Shown here one piece after another: positions 36,236 through 45,298 of a stretch of DNA of 54,190 bases. The position numbers were made by a program, and so were the translations under genes. The first letter of the stretch is position 1. Every line of letters starts with the position of its first letter. The notes under the pieces are model-generated. The model did not search any database, was not told the origin of the DNA, and worked only from the letters and a program-made list of their open reading frames with translations. Origin of the DNA: a virus (lineage: Duplodnaviria; Caudoviricetes); the IMG/VR virus record IMGVR_UViG_3300003267_000167, positions 1 through 54,190 of that record. One strand, given 5' to 3'.

Positions 36236-36904
36236 ATGGACCGGCTTAACTCTGTGAAACCCTCAAGGCAAGAATCCTTGTTCACGTTGGGCGCGATCGT
36301 CTTGGCTGTGCTTTTAGTGGAGCTTGGCGCGATAGCGATCTCCGCCGATGGCTACATGCCGCATGGCATGTGTTACCTGTGGGAGCCGCGCATGATCGCG
36401 TTGCACCTGGCCGCGGACCTGACGATATGCATGGCTTATTACGCAATCCCCTTCGTCCTGTGGCGATTCATCCGACGCCAGCGCGGGCATGCGGTCAATT
36501 GGATAATCGGTTGCTTCGCCGGATTCATCCTGTTATGTGGGACGACTCACTTAATAGCCTGCGTCACCATCTGGCACCCGTGGTACTGGTTTGACGGCGC
36601 GGTCAAGACGGCGACCGCCATTTTCAGCGTCGCGACGCTGGCGCTACTTTGGCGGATCACCCGGCGGGCGAAACCCTTGCCCGACGTGGAAGAGATTTAC
36701 CGGACGAACGCGGAACTAAGAAGGCGGATCGAACGGTTGCGCGCGACGTACCCGGAGGACCGCGGCATTTTGGAAGAGGACAAGGCGGCCGAAGTGTTGA
36801 GCGGGGCGCATCAGCTTTTAGACGATTACGCCTCTTTGGTCTCCGCGCTACGCGGCCATCCGAAGCCGGCGCAAGTCGGGAAACCCGCGGAGGACGCGCC
36901 TTGA
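36236..36904 (+). CDS. Stand-alone ETR1-like ethylene/Cu-binding membrane sensor domain protein (start uncertain)
   Basis: MPHGMCYLW, D-x6-Y-x2-IP and FILLCGTTH with exact ETR1 spacing; no kinase or GAF domain. Confidence 0.85.
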   Translation: MDRLNSVKPSRQESLFTLGAIVLAVLLVELGAIAISADGYMPHGMCYLWEPRMIALHLAADLTICMAYYAIPFVLWRFIRRQRGHAVNWIIGCFAGFILLCGTTHLIACVTIWHPWYWFDGAVKTATAIFSVATLALLWRITRRAKPLPDVEEIYRTNAELRRRIERLRATYPEDRGILEEDKAAEVLSGAHQLLDDYASLVSALRGHPKPAQVGKPAEDAP

Positions 36905-37395
36905 GCGGATGGCAGCAAGTCCTAGCGGCGATACTTTCCTCCGGCGTCGTTTCGGGCGTGGTCGGCCTCCTATTCGGCCGGAAGCTTGAGGCCGCCAAGG
37001 CGGATAAAGAGCGGGCGGCGGCGGAGGTTGACCGCGCCAACGCGCAGAACGCTGAAGCCAAGACCATTACCGAACTAATGGCCGCCTTCAAGCAGACGAT
37101 GGAAATGGCGCGGGAGTCCGACCAACGCCACCGGGAGACCCTTTTAAAACTGAGCGAGGCCGAAGCCACCCTGGCCGCCCGCGATTCTGTCATTGCCAAC
37201 TTGCGGCGAGACCAGGCGCTTTTAAAAGGGGACACGACGGAGCTACGGGCGGAAGTTACGGGCGTCGCGCTACAGTGCAGCGACCTGGCCGAACAGTGTA
37301 AAAAGATTTTGCGGAAACTGGACAACATCGAGCATGCGGCCGACGCGAGCGGCGCGCACGTCACCCCAACCCCTAACCCTTCGGAGAAGTCATGA
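36901..37395 (+). CDS. Single-TM coiled-coil protein (holin/spanin-like architecture)
   Basis: GGAGG RBS with TTG start overlapping the upstream stop; N-terminal TM then heptads. Confidence 0.7.
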   Translation: MSGWQQVLAAILSSGVVSGVVGLLFGRKLEAAKADKERAAAEVDRANAQNAEAKTITELMAAFKQTMEMARESDQRHRETLLKLSEAEATLAARDSVIANLRRDQALLKGDTTELRAEVTGVALQCSDLAEQCKKILRKLDNIEHAADASGAHVTPTPNPSEKS

Positions 37396-39317
37396 GCATT
37401 TCACGTCACCATTTCAGAGTTAGCGAACCGATTGCCGCCTTGGCGTCTTTGGTCTTTGGCCTGTGCGCCTTGGCGATTATCGGCCGGATGGTTTACCCGG
37501 CCGCGGCGCAAGGCCAACCGCAGACCGTCACGTTACAACCGGGTCAAACCCTCATGGTTAAATGCAACGGGCAGCAAGCGGCGGCGGAGTCCGTTGATAA
37601 ATTTAACATGCGGAATAAGTGCGGACCCGGACCGACGCCGACGCCCACACCAACGCCAACCCCAACCCCGAAACCGACACCAACGCCGACGCCGACGCTG
37701 ACACCAACCCCAACCCCAACGCCCGGACCGACGCCGACGCCAACGCCGTCAAACGGCGGCTTGCCGGCACCTTTAAGTCAGTTTGTAGATACGGCCTGGC
37801 CGACCAATCAAACGGGGGTCGTCCGAAAGATTTTGCCGGGCGGGGACTTTCAACAGGCGTTGCAAGACTGCCAGCCGGGCGACGATATAGAACTTGACGT
37901 TTCGGGCGTGTGGACGGGTAACTTTACATTCCCCGCGAAGGCCAACCCGAATAACCAATGGGTCATTATCCGGGCAAGTAACGTGACCGCCACGACCGCC
38001 GCCGCGGGCGCGGTGACGGCCGCCAGGGCGGGGAAGGGCAAGGCGCGGAAAGTGGTCTATTACCGGCCGGCGAAGGGGAAGGCGGCCGCCCGGACGGGCA
38101 AGGCGGTTGCCGCCTTCAAGTCTGCCGGCCAGCGCGTGACGCCGGGCGCGCAAAGCATGCCGGTCATTCAATCGCCCAACGTTTCGGGCGCGTTCTTTAT
38201 GTCCGAAAATTCCGGCTACGTCCGCCTTGTCGGCCTTGAAATGACGTTTACGCCGGCCGCCGCCGCGGACGCGCCCGGCGGTTTTACCGTGTGGCGCGTG
38301 TTGCAACTTGGTTCAACCGACACGACCGACGCGGCGAAAGTGCCGCATCACATCACGGTTGACCGATGTTACATTCACGGGTTGCCGACTAAAAACTTAC
38401 GCCGCGGCATTGAACTTAATAGCAACTGGACGGCGGTAATAGATTCGCAAATCCGTGAGGTCCATGAGGTCGGCGCGGACAATCAGGCCATAGGCGGTTG
38501 GAACGGCGCGGGGCCGTACAAGATCGTTAATAACTATCTCGAAAGCGGCGGGGAGATCGTCATGCTTGGCGGGTCGGACCCGAAGATTGCGAACCAACTG
38601 CCGCGCGATATTGAGGTCCGGCGCAACACGATAACGCGGCCGACCGCCTGGAAGACGGGCGCGATACATTGGGAGGTCAAAAACCTTTTCGAGGTAAAGC
38701 ATGGCATACGCTGGCTAGTGGACGGTAACACCTTCGCGAATAATTGGACCGACGCCCAGGACGGTTACGGGATTTTGTTACGATCCATGAACCAAGACGG
38801 CGGCGAAACATGGTCAATCTCAACGGACATAACTTTTACGAATAATACAATCACGTCCGAAAACGGGATAAACCTGAACGGGTTGGACCCGTACCACCCG
38901 GCGAACCAAATGGCGCGGCTTTTGATCTCTAACAACGTTTGGAACGTGACGGGGACATGGCTAAAGGCGTCGGACTTCATCAATTGCACCTTTGACCATA
39001 ACACGATTAACAACGGCTATTCCGTCACGAACCTATACGCCGGCCTCAAGCCCAACATGCCGGGCGTTCGATATACTTTCAACATAGCCAACCGCTCCGG
39101 CGGTTATGGCATCTTTGGCGATGCGGTTGGAGAAGGAACGCCAGCCCTTACGACGTACTGGCCGCAAGCGGCCTTGGCGTCCAACGTCCTGACGGGATGC
39201 GCCAACACTGGCGGCCAGTGTAACGGCTACCCGTCCGGCTTTTACTCTTCGGCGTCGTCCGTGCCGGGCGTCGGCGCGGACACGCAGGCAATCACGGCGG
39301 CGCAAAACCGCCCATAA
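37392..39317 (+). CDS. Exported right-handed beta-helix (pectin-lyase fold) protein with Pro-Thr linker
   Basis: Signal/anchor; PT repeat; [40 protein letters not shown]. Confidence 0.8.
   Translation: MSISRHHFRVSEPIAALASLVFGLCALAIIGRMVYPAAAQGQPQTVTLQPGQTLMVKCNGQQAAAESVDKFNMRNKCGPGPTPTPTPTPTPTPKPTPTPTPTLTPTPTPTPGPTPTPTPSNGGLPAPLSQFVDTAWPTNQTGVVRKILPGGDFQQALQDCQPGDDIELDVSGVWTGNFTFPAKANPNNQWVIIRASNVTATTAAAGAVTAARAGKGKARKVVYYRPAKGKAAARTGKAVAAFKSAGQRVTPGAQSMPVIQSPNVSGAFFMSENSGYVRLVGLEMTFTPAAAADAPGGFTVWRVLQLGSTDTTDAAKVPHHITVDRCYIHGLPTKNLRRGIELNSNWTAVIDSQIREVHEVGADNQAIGGWNGAGPYKIVNNYLESGGEIVMLGGSDPKIANQLPRDIEVRRNTITRPTAWKTGAIHWEVKNLFEVKHGIRWLVDGNTFANNWTDAQDGYGILLRSMNQDGGETWSISTDITFTNNTITSENGINLNGLDPYHPANQMARLLISNNVWNVTGTWLKASDFINCTFDHNTINNGYSVTNLYAGLKPNMPGVRYTFNIANRSGGYGIFGDAVGEGTPALTTYWPQAALASNVLTGCANTGGQCNGYPSGFYSSASSVPGVGADTQAITAAQNRP
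37625..37750 (+). repeat. Pro-Thr linker-coding tandem repeat
   Basis: (CCR ACN)n. Confidence 0.9.
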
Positions 39318-39331
39318 CCCGAAAGGTTCAC

Positions 39332-40360
39332 ATGAAAATCAAAACACTCTCCATTTTGTTTCTCGCGGTCTCCGTCACTCTGATAATGCCGGCGCGGACG
39401 CTCGCGCAAGCTTGCGTCCCTCCGGCCTATCAGGGCTTTGCTAATTCCTGCAAGGGGATCAACGCGCGGTGGCTGAATAAAAACGCGGTCAATGACATTG
39501 CGTTTTTTAAGCTGTATTGGGCGGCGGACGGCAAATGCAGCGGGGCCGACAATCAGGGCGTCCCGTGTGATTCCCCCCTGGCGGTCTTGCCGGGATCGGC
39601 GACCAACGCCGGCCGGACCGACCTATACCCTGGCTTTTCGAGTGCCATCACGATCACGCAAACGCTCAACAACGGCCTATCGTGCGCGACGGCGAGCGCG
39701 GGCAGTGTGCCGCACACGTACCCGCCGGACCTTTGCCAAGGGGTCGGCAATCAGCCGCTAGGCGTGGTCAACGCGGCGAACTACCGGAGTCAGGGGACGC
39801 CGGACAGCATCGCGGCCGCCTTCGCGGCCAATATCGCCACCTTTACCGCCTTGGCGTCGGGCTTGCCGCTCCCCTTGAACGTCGGGGGCGTCACGGTCAC
39901 TGTAGACGGGGAACCGGCCGGCATTTTTTACGTGTCACCCGGCCAGGTAAACTTTCTTGTCCCCGCGGACCTGTCGGCCGGCCTGAAAGTGGTTAGGGTC
40001 GCCAACGCCTCCGGGCAGACCTTCACGGGCGAATACTACCTTGGCGCGCAAGCTCCGGGCGTATTCACGCGCGACTCAACGGGCGAAGGTCCGGCAAGTA
40101 TGGACGTCGGGCCGGGCGGCGCGTATATCAGCTTGTATCCTACCGGCATCAATTCGGCGGCCGTCACCAAGGCGGACATTTTTTTGAGGACGTCAACCGG
40201 GCGTTACCCGGCGCAATACCTTGAAACGCCGGACCCGTCACACCCGGCGCAATTCGTCGGCGCGCGTCAATTGAATTTCGTCAACGTCCCTCTGGACGGG
40301 CAGGCGGCATACCTTGAGGTCGCCGGCTTTACGTCCAATACGTTCACGCTTCGGAGGTAA
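39332..40360 (+). CDS. Exported protein with TIGR03437-like (acidobacterial C-terminal) domain
   Basis: Signal peptide; VVNAANY...SIAAAF...LPL..GGVTVTVDG...FYVSPGQVNFLVP...APGVFT. Confidence 0.8.
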   Translation: MKIKTLSILFLAVSVTLIMPARTLAQACVPPAYQGFANSCKGINARWLNKNAVNDIAFFKLYWAADGKCSGADNQGVPCDSPLAVLPGSATNAGRTDLYPGFSSAITITQTLNNGLSCATASAGSVPHTYPPDLCQGVGNQPLGVVNAANYRSQGTPDSIAAAFAANIATFTALASGLPLPLNVGGVTVTVDGEPAGIFYVSPGQVNFLVPADLSAGLKVVRVANASGQTFTGEYYLGAQAPGVFTRDSTGEGPASMDVGPGGAYISLYPTGINSAAVTKADIFLRTSTGRYPAQYLETPDPSHPAQFVGARQLNFVNVPLDGQAAYLEVAGFTSNTFTLRR

Positions 40361-40361
40361 C

Positions 40362-40580
40362 ATGGACAGTCGGGACCGGGAAGCGATTGACATGGAAGTT
40401 TCCAAGATCGTCGCGATTGAATTGGAACTAAAAACCATTCCGGGGCGCATTCGCGACGGTCTTAACGGGCGAGACTTAGAAGACAAACTTCTAAGTCTCG
40501 CCCTGGCGATTCACAACACGGCGGACAATCTCAAAGGGTTGAGCCGCCCGGAGGATCAACATGCGAACGCAGCGGCTTAA
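40362..40580 (+). CDS. Hypothetical protein
   Basis: GGAGG RBS before ATG 40362. Confidence 0.6.
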   Translation: MDSRDREAIDMEVSKIVAIELELKTIPGRIRDGLNGRDLEDKLLSLALAIHNTADNLKGLSRPEDQHANAAA

Positions 40581-41097
40581 ACGCTTCGGCGTTACTCTCT
40601 TCGTGGTCTTGTTCGGACTCTCGCAATCCGCTTGCGGCGGTCCGACGCTGGCCAGCATCGGGCGCTATATCGGGCCGGTCGGGCAGGGGTTTAACGACTA
40701 CCTTGACCAACTGAAGGCGGCCGGCGAGATCACACAGGAAAACTATGATAAGGCCAAAAACCTTAACTTGCCCGGCAAGGCTAAAGAGGTCGGCGACTAC
40801 CTACAGAGCTTGACCGTTATCAACGCCGGCAACCGGGACGAAGTGTTAGCGGTGATTGACGGCGGCTTGAAAGTCTTTCGGGACGTGTCCGGCCTAGTCA
40901 AGCCGGGGAGCGCGGCCGCCAAGGTCGTCTTATACCTGTCAACCGCCTTGTCCGTGGCGCGGGGCGTCCTGGCGGCCATGCCTGTCAAGCCGGCGTCTTT
41001 CTCGATGAGCGCGAAAGAGGAAGGGAAGCGGCCGGCGGACGTGAAAATTGACTTGCCGCCGCCGCCGCCGGAGGTTAAAAAATATCTTCCGAAATAG
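40561..41097 (+). CDS. Putative lipoprotein
   Basis: Basic N-terminus, hydrophobic stretch, SA-C-GG lipobox-like site. Confidence 0.7.
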   Translation: MRTQRLKRFGVTLFVVLFGLSQSACGGPTLASIGRYIGPVGQGFNDYLDQLKAAGEITQENYDKAKNLNLPGKAKEVGDYLQSLTVINAGNRDEVLAVIDGGLKVFRDVSGLVKPGSAAAKVVLYLSTALSVARGVLAAMPVKPASFSMSAKEEGKRPADVKIDLPPPPPEVKKYLPK

Positions 41098-41108
41098 GCC
41101 GCCAGGGG

Positions 41109-41138
41109 TTGACGCCTTGGCGGACTCCCCTTTAGACT
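41109..41138 (+). promoter_or_regulatory. Promoter with operator overlapping the -35
   Basis: TTGACG-18-TAGACT; CGCCTTGGCGG. Confidence 0.65.
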
Positions 41139-41162
41139 CCGGGCCGAAATGGAGGCGCGAAC

Positions 41163-41405
41163 ATGGCAAGCAAAGTGACGATTGTAATCGAGGGCGACAC
41201 GCCGGCCGACGCGGCGGCGATCGCCAACGCGCTACTTGACAACCCGAAGCTTGACGAAATCCAAGGCACGATTAACGACGTGTTAGCGGAGATCAAACGG
41301 CAGGGGTTGGACCAGTCGAAAATCAATGCGGTTTTCGACAAAGTAACCGCCAACGAGCAAAAGCTTGAAGGCGCACTAAACGCGGGCGAACCGTCCGACG
41401 TTTAA
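41163..41405 (+). CDS. Small acidic helical protein (paralog of the next gene)
   Basis: INAVFDKV...KLEGAL versus INAIFDKV...KLEQAI. Confidence 0.7.
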   Translation: MASKVTIVIEGDTPADAAAIANALLDNPKLDEIQGTINDVLAEIKRQGLDQSKINAVFDKVTANEQKLEGALNAGEPSDV

Positions 41406-41452
41406 CCGGGCCGCGACGGCGGACCCTTAACCGAAACCTTGGAGGTTATACA

Positions 41453-41758
41453 ATGGCCAGAGATCACGACGTTTCAGTAGACGAATTATTGCAGGCGGCG
41501 ACCGAAGCCGAAACCGTAGGGGACTCCGCGGTTGCCTTGGTGCAATCCCTCCGCGACCAAATTGCCGCATACACGAGCGGTCAGCAAATTTCGCCCGCGA
41601 CGCAGCAAGGAATCAACGCGATTTTTGACAAGGTTTTGTCAGAGCGCGGCAAGTTGGAACAGGCCATCACAGCCAACACGGACACGGGCGGCGGCGGTGA
41701 CACGGGCGGCGGCACTGGCGGCGGCGGTGACACTGGCGGCGGAACGCCGACGCCCTAG
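41453..41758 (+). CDS. Small acidic helical protein with Gly-rich tail
   Basis: GGAGG RBS; ETVGDSAVALVQSL; DTGGGG repeats. Confidence 0.75.
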   Translation: MARDHDVSVDELLQAATEAETVGDSAVALVQSLRDQIAAYTSGQQISPATQQGINAIFDKVLSERGKLEQAITANTDTGGGGDTGGGTGGGGDTGGGTPTP

Positions 41759-41821
41759 ACTTTTCCGGCGCTGTCTTGATAGCCCAAGGCACAAGCCTTG
41801 GTTCTCCTTATCTCGTTATCC

Positions 41822-41854
41822 GGCGGGGCGTCTAACCAGCGTCCCGCCTTTTTT
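41822..41854 (+). terminator. Intrinsic terminator
   Basis: GGCGGGGCG-loop-CGTCCCGCC-TTTTTT. Confidence 0.75.
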
Positions 41855-41862
41855 GTTGCCTT

Positions 41863-42228
41863 ATGGACGCATCACAAGAACAAAAATTCAGAGCATGGCT
41901 TAACGAACCGCAGCCGCCGACGCCTCCGGGCCTTGAGCCGCCGCCCGTGCCGACGCCGACGCGGTTGGATTACTTTTGTTATTTGGTCGCATGCAACGGC
42001 GGTAAAACGGTCGTCCGCGGTTGGGGCGTCATTGGCTACGGGGCCGGACCGTTTAAGCAAGGTCTCGAAATGCGCGAAGCCTTGGACCTAATGCAACTTG
42101 TCGCCTTTATTACGGGCGTGGAGTTCGTTTGCGGCGGGGCGCAAGCTCTCATGGACCCGATGATTGACGCTTGGCTGAAAGCCAGGCTTGCCGAACATGA
42201 GGCCGCCAACAATGCCGGAAGAATTTGA
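41863..42228 (+). CDS. Hypothetical protein
   Basis: ORF fills the gap. Confidence 0.5.
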   Translation: MDASQEQKFRAWLNEPQPPTPPGLEPPPVPTPTRLDYFCYLVACNGGKTVVRGWGVIGYGAGPFKQGLEMREALDLMQLVAFITGVEFVCGGAQALMDPMIDAWLKARLAEHEAANNAGRI

Positions 42229-42457
42229 CCAATTGAGCGACGCCGGCAAGATGGTTTTCATGTTGTGGATTCATCACCGGACCTGGCATGCCTTTTCGGC
42301 CGCAATCCGGCAAGCCTTCGGCGCGAACATTGAGACGGCCGAAGCGGGAAGGAAAGAGGCCATTCTTTTGATGAATCGTTACGACCGCGAAGGCGTAGCG
42401 GCGAAAGCGGAGCGGCGGCGGCGATACGTCAACGCGGAAAAGAAGGGAAGGCGGTAA
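42212..42457 (+). CDS. Hypothetical protein
   Basis: GAGG RBS before ATG 42212. Confidence 0.55.
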   Translation: MPEEFDQLSDAGKMVFMLWIHHRTWHAFSAAIRQAFGANIETAEAGRKEAILLMNRYDREGVAAKAERRRRYVNAEKKGRR

Positions 42458-42458
42458 C

Positions 42459-42863
42459 ATGGCAGTCGAAACCCTAACGGAATACGCTTTAGTCTTGGAA
42501 GAGTGTTGTGTATGTTTCACGCCCTTTGCCATGACGCGCTTTATGTACCAACGCCGGAAGCAAGACGGCCAGAACTTTTACTGTCCGGCGGGCCATAGCC
42601 AGAGCTACACGGGCAACGAAAATTCTAGGCTCAAGGCCAAAGTGGCGCAGCTTGAGCAACAATTGAGCGCGAAGGCGCAGCAAGCGGCGACCGAAGCCGA
42701 CGCCAGGCGCAAGGCCGAAGAGAAATTGAGGCGGGCAGAGTCCGGACTAAAGAAGGCCACGACCAACGCCAGGGCGGGCCTGTGTCCCTTCGGATGCCGG
42801 CGGCACTTCGCCAGCCTGGCCAATCACATCAAGGCAAAACACCCCGAAAAGGCGGGCGCATGA
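42459..42863 (+). CDS. Zn-binding coiled-coil phage protein
   Basis: CxxC...FYCPAGH.Q, coiled coil, CPxxC...H...KHP. Confidence 0.75.
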   Translation: MAVETLTEYALVLEECCVCFTPFAMTRFMYQRRKQDGQNFYCPAGHSQSYTGNENSRLKAKVAQLEQQLSAKAQQAATEADARRKAEEKLRRAESGLKKATTNARAGLCPFGCRRHFASLANHIKAKHPEKAGA

Positions 42864-43063
42864 TCAAATTCCTTTCCACGAAGCCCAAGGGCGAACCGAT
42901 CACGGCCGATGAGGTTATCATTGATGGCGGCATGCCGTGCGGCAATTGTGGCGAGTGGCGGATACTGCTAAGGCGGACGCATGAAACGCCGGTAATTGAA
43001 CAGTGTGGCAACTGCCATGACGAAGAGTTTGATTTATATTCTATTGAGGACGACGGACCATGA
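42860..43063 (+). CDS. Small Zn-ribbon protein
   Basis: CGNC x2; ATGA overlaps. Confidence 0.6.
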   Translation: MIKFLSTKPKGEPITADEVIIDGGMPCGNCGEWRILLRRTHETPVIEQCGNCHDEEFDLYSIEDDGP

Positions 43064-43299
43064 CATGGCGGGCAATGCACCAACGAAAGAAGCGGCGGCA
43101 GAATTACCGGCGGCTTATGATGCAGTGGGAGCGGGGCGCGGTGCGGCTTCGCCAGGCGGCGACGTCGGCGGCCGTCGCGACGGCCAGGCTTGAGACGGTC
43201 TCGACGCCGGCCGGGGCCGGCGAGTGGCTAAGGGAAGTCGGCGTTGATTGGGGCGTTGGCGGCGGACATGCCTTGGGTCCGATAACAGCCCTTATGTAA
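43060..43299 (+). CDS. Hypothetical protein
   Basis: ATGA overlap. Confidence 0.5.
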   Translation: MTWRAMHQRKKRRQNYRRLMMQWERGAVRLRQAATSAAVATARLETVSTPAGAGEWLREVGVDWGVGGGHALGPITALM

Positions 43300-43335
43300 T
43301 CGCCAAGGCGGAGATTAAACGACTTAGGGGGACTT

Positions 43336-43650
43336 ATGGAAATTAACATTACGCCGGAGGACGTTGACCGTTTGGTCAAAGACTCGATTTTAAAGGCCGG
43401 ACTTGGGCGGATCATAACGGATACGATCGCAAAAGTTTTAAACCCGAACGCCTACAATAATCCGATCAATGGGGCGGTTGAGAAATATATTCTCGAAGTG
43501 GCGAACCAACTTTTACGCGACGTGTACGCCGACAAAGTGCGGCAGATCATCCGGGCGGAGATCGAAAAGCGCGTGACGGATGAACTACTACAGCAAATTG
43601 CGGCCGGCGTGGTCAAAAAGATGGAGAACGCGGCCAAGGAACGCTATTAA
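43336..43650 (+). CDS. Hypothetical protein
   Basis: AGGGGGA RBS. Confidence 0.7.
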   Translation: MEINITPEDVDRLVKDSILKAGLGRIITDTIAKVLNPNAYNNPINGAVEKYILEVANQLLRDVYADKVRQIIRAEIEKRVTDELLQQIAAGVVKKMENAAKERY

Positions 43651-43665
43651 ACGAGGGGGGCGATT

Positions 43666-43830
43666 ATGGCGACTAAGAAGGCCAGAAAGAGGCCGGCGGG
43701 CAAAAAGGCCGACGCCGCGGAGGACGTTTTAAAGTGGCTAGGATCGGTCCTGGCGGACGCGCCACGCATCCTGGCTTGGTATCAAGCGGTCATGGCGGAG
43801 CAACGCCGGACGCCGATTCGTAAACTATAA
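43666..43830 (+). CDS. Small basic hypothetical protein (54 aa)
   Basis: GAGGGG RBS; MATKKARKR... Confidence 0.55.
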   Translation: MATKKARKRPAGKKADAAEDVLKWLGSVLADAPRILAWYQAVMAEQRRTPIRKL

Positions 43831-43835
43831 GGCTT

Positions 43836-44537
43836 ATGGAGGCGATGAAAATGTACTGTAACAGATGCGACACGAACCTTGGCGAACCTATGACCCATGT
43901 GTTTTCGGTCTATGGCGGCATGATTGCCTTCTGCCCGACGTGTTGCCCTGGCGGGCTTGATGGCGTCGTTTGCGAAGCTTGCGAGATCGGCCGGCAAATA
44001 AAAGTGATTGATACATTCGTTGGCCGGGTCGCCGACAAGATCAATGTGGAGATCAAGGGCGACATGCCGGCGTGTACCCTTGGGCGGCCGATGTGTGAAG
44101 GGCCACGCCTTGAGCCGTGCGACCAACCGCCGTTTGATTTCTCGCCGAATCATGCCACGCGCCAACCGGAGGGGCCGGACCGCTCAAGACTGACGCTCGA
44201 AACCTGGCTTGAGATCAAGCGGAGATACACGGACCGCTTCCCGCCGCAACCCGTCGCCTTTTCCGTGACGCCGATAATTGCCAAGCTGTACCGGGAGCAA
44301 CTTCAATTGGCGGAGCATAACGGCTACCAACTTATGCATGGCGTGTTGGTCGCGGAGGACGCCGACCAACGCCAACCCGTCTTGGCGTTTTATGATTGGG
44401 ATTTGTTCCATGCCTACCGGAACCGGAAGGCCGACCCGGCGAAGTTTCTTGAGGCGCTTATACGGCAATTCGTCGGGCCGGAGGTCTTTGACCAACTATT
44501 TCCCGATGGCCTACCAAGGCCGGAGGCGACGTCATGA
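43836..44537 (+). CDS. Cys-rich hypothetical protein
   Basis: Several CxxC motifs. Confidence 0.65.
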   Translation: MEAMKMYCNRCDTNLGEPMTHVFSVYGGMIAFCPTCCPGGLDGVVCEACEIGRQIKVIDTFVGRVADKINVEIKGDMPACTLGRPMCEGPRLEPCDQPPFDFSPNHATRQPEGPDRSRLTLETWLEIKRRYTDRFPPQPVAFSVTPIIAKLYREQLQLAEHNGYQLMHGVLVAEDADQRQPVLAFYDWDLFHAYRNRKADPAKFLEALIRQFVGPEVFDQLFPDGLPRPEATS

Positions 44538-44746
44538 CGGACACGCGCAAACTTTGGGCGTCCGCGGTCCTTTGGTGCGCGTTGGCGGCCTTGGCTGCGA
44601 TGGACGGCGAGCGCGGCGCGGCCTTCCTTGCCCTTGTAACCGCGGCTTGCTTCGCCGGGCAAGCTCGCCAAACCCGAAAACTCAAATCAACGGAGGCAAT
44701 GCGACATGAAACGATCGGCAAGCGAAAAGCGGAAACAAGCTTTTGA
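44534..44746 (+). CDS. Small membrane protein (2 TM)
   Basis: GGAGG RBS; two hydrophobic segments and a basic tail. Confidence 0.55.
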   Translation: MTDTRKLWASAVLWCALAALAAMDGERGAAFLALVTAACFAGQARQTRKLKSTEAMRHETIGKRKAETSF

Positions 44747-44954
44747 CAATGGCCAGCTTGAACGCTTTGAGATATTCACGACGGCCAACGGGCAAACGCA
44801 TTTTCGATTCAAGGCCGGCAATCATGAGATCGTCTTAGCGGGCGAAGGCTATCACAATCGCCAGGACGCACTAAGCGCAATCACCTTGATTCAGCGTCGC
44901 GCAGCCGGCGCGGCCATCGTGGACGCCGACACGGGGGAAATCGTCAGTGTGTAA
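44706..44954 (+). CDS. YegP/DUF1508-family protein
   Basis: FEIF...GQ.HFRFKAGNHEIV..GEGY.NRQDA..AI..I. Confidence 0.8.
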   Translation: MKRSASEKRKQAFDNGQLERFEIFTTANGQTHFRFKAGNHEIVLAGEGYHNRQDALSAITLIQRRAAGAAIVDADTGEIVSV

Positions 44955-45297
44955 CCAAGCAATCAAAACGATTCAGGCGCGGATCAAGCAACATAAGGAC
45001 AACCTGGCCGGATGGTATGAGGGCGAAGTTTGCATGTGTGTTACCTACGCCCGTCAAGGTCTATCGGACTTGATACAAGCGCGGCCGTCATGCGCAAGTT
45101 GTCATGGAGCGGGGCGCGTCAATGTGGGATACCTTGTCCCAACGGACCCGGACCCGGAGGACCGCGAACAGACCCGCCGGGACTTGCGCGTTGCGATCTC
45201 CGAACTTGAGGCGGTCTTGACTTCCCTTTTACCGCCGAATGTCCGCCTTGACGGTTGGGAAGAGACGGCGAGCGGCGGCAAGGTCAAAGGAACATGA
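44947..45297 (+). CDS. Hypothetical protein with CxxCxGxG motif
   Basis: CASCHGAG. Confidence 0.55.
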   Translation: MCNQAIKTIQARIKQHKDNLAGWYEGEVCMCVTYARQGLSDLIQARPSCASCHGAGRVNVGYLVPTDPDPEDREQTRRDLRVAISELEAVLTSLLPPNVRLDGWEETASGGKVKGT

Positions 45298-45298
45298 C

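Noticed and set aside
32942-37003. CGCCAAGGCG matches inside genes (e.g. near 32942, 33541, 36992) as operators
   Set aside because: Readily explained by coding (e.g. Ala-Lys-Ala) in GC-rich DNA and not tied to promoter boxes; a roadblock role cannot be excluded
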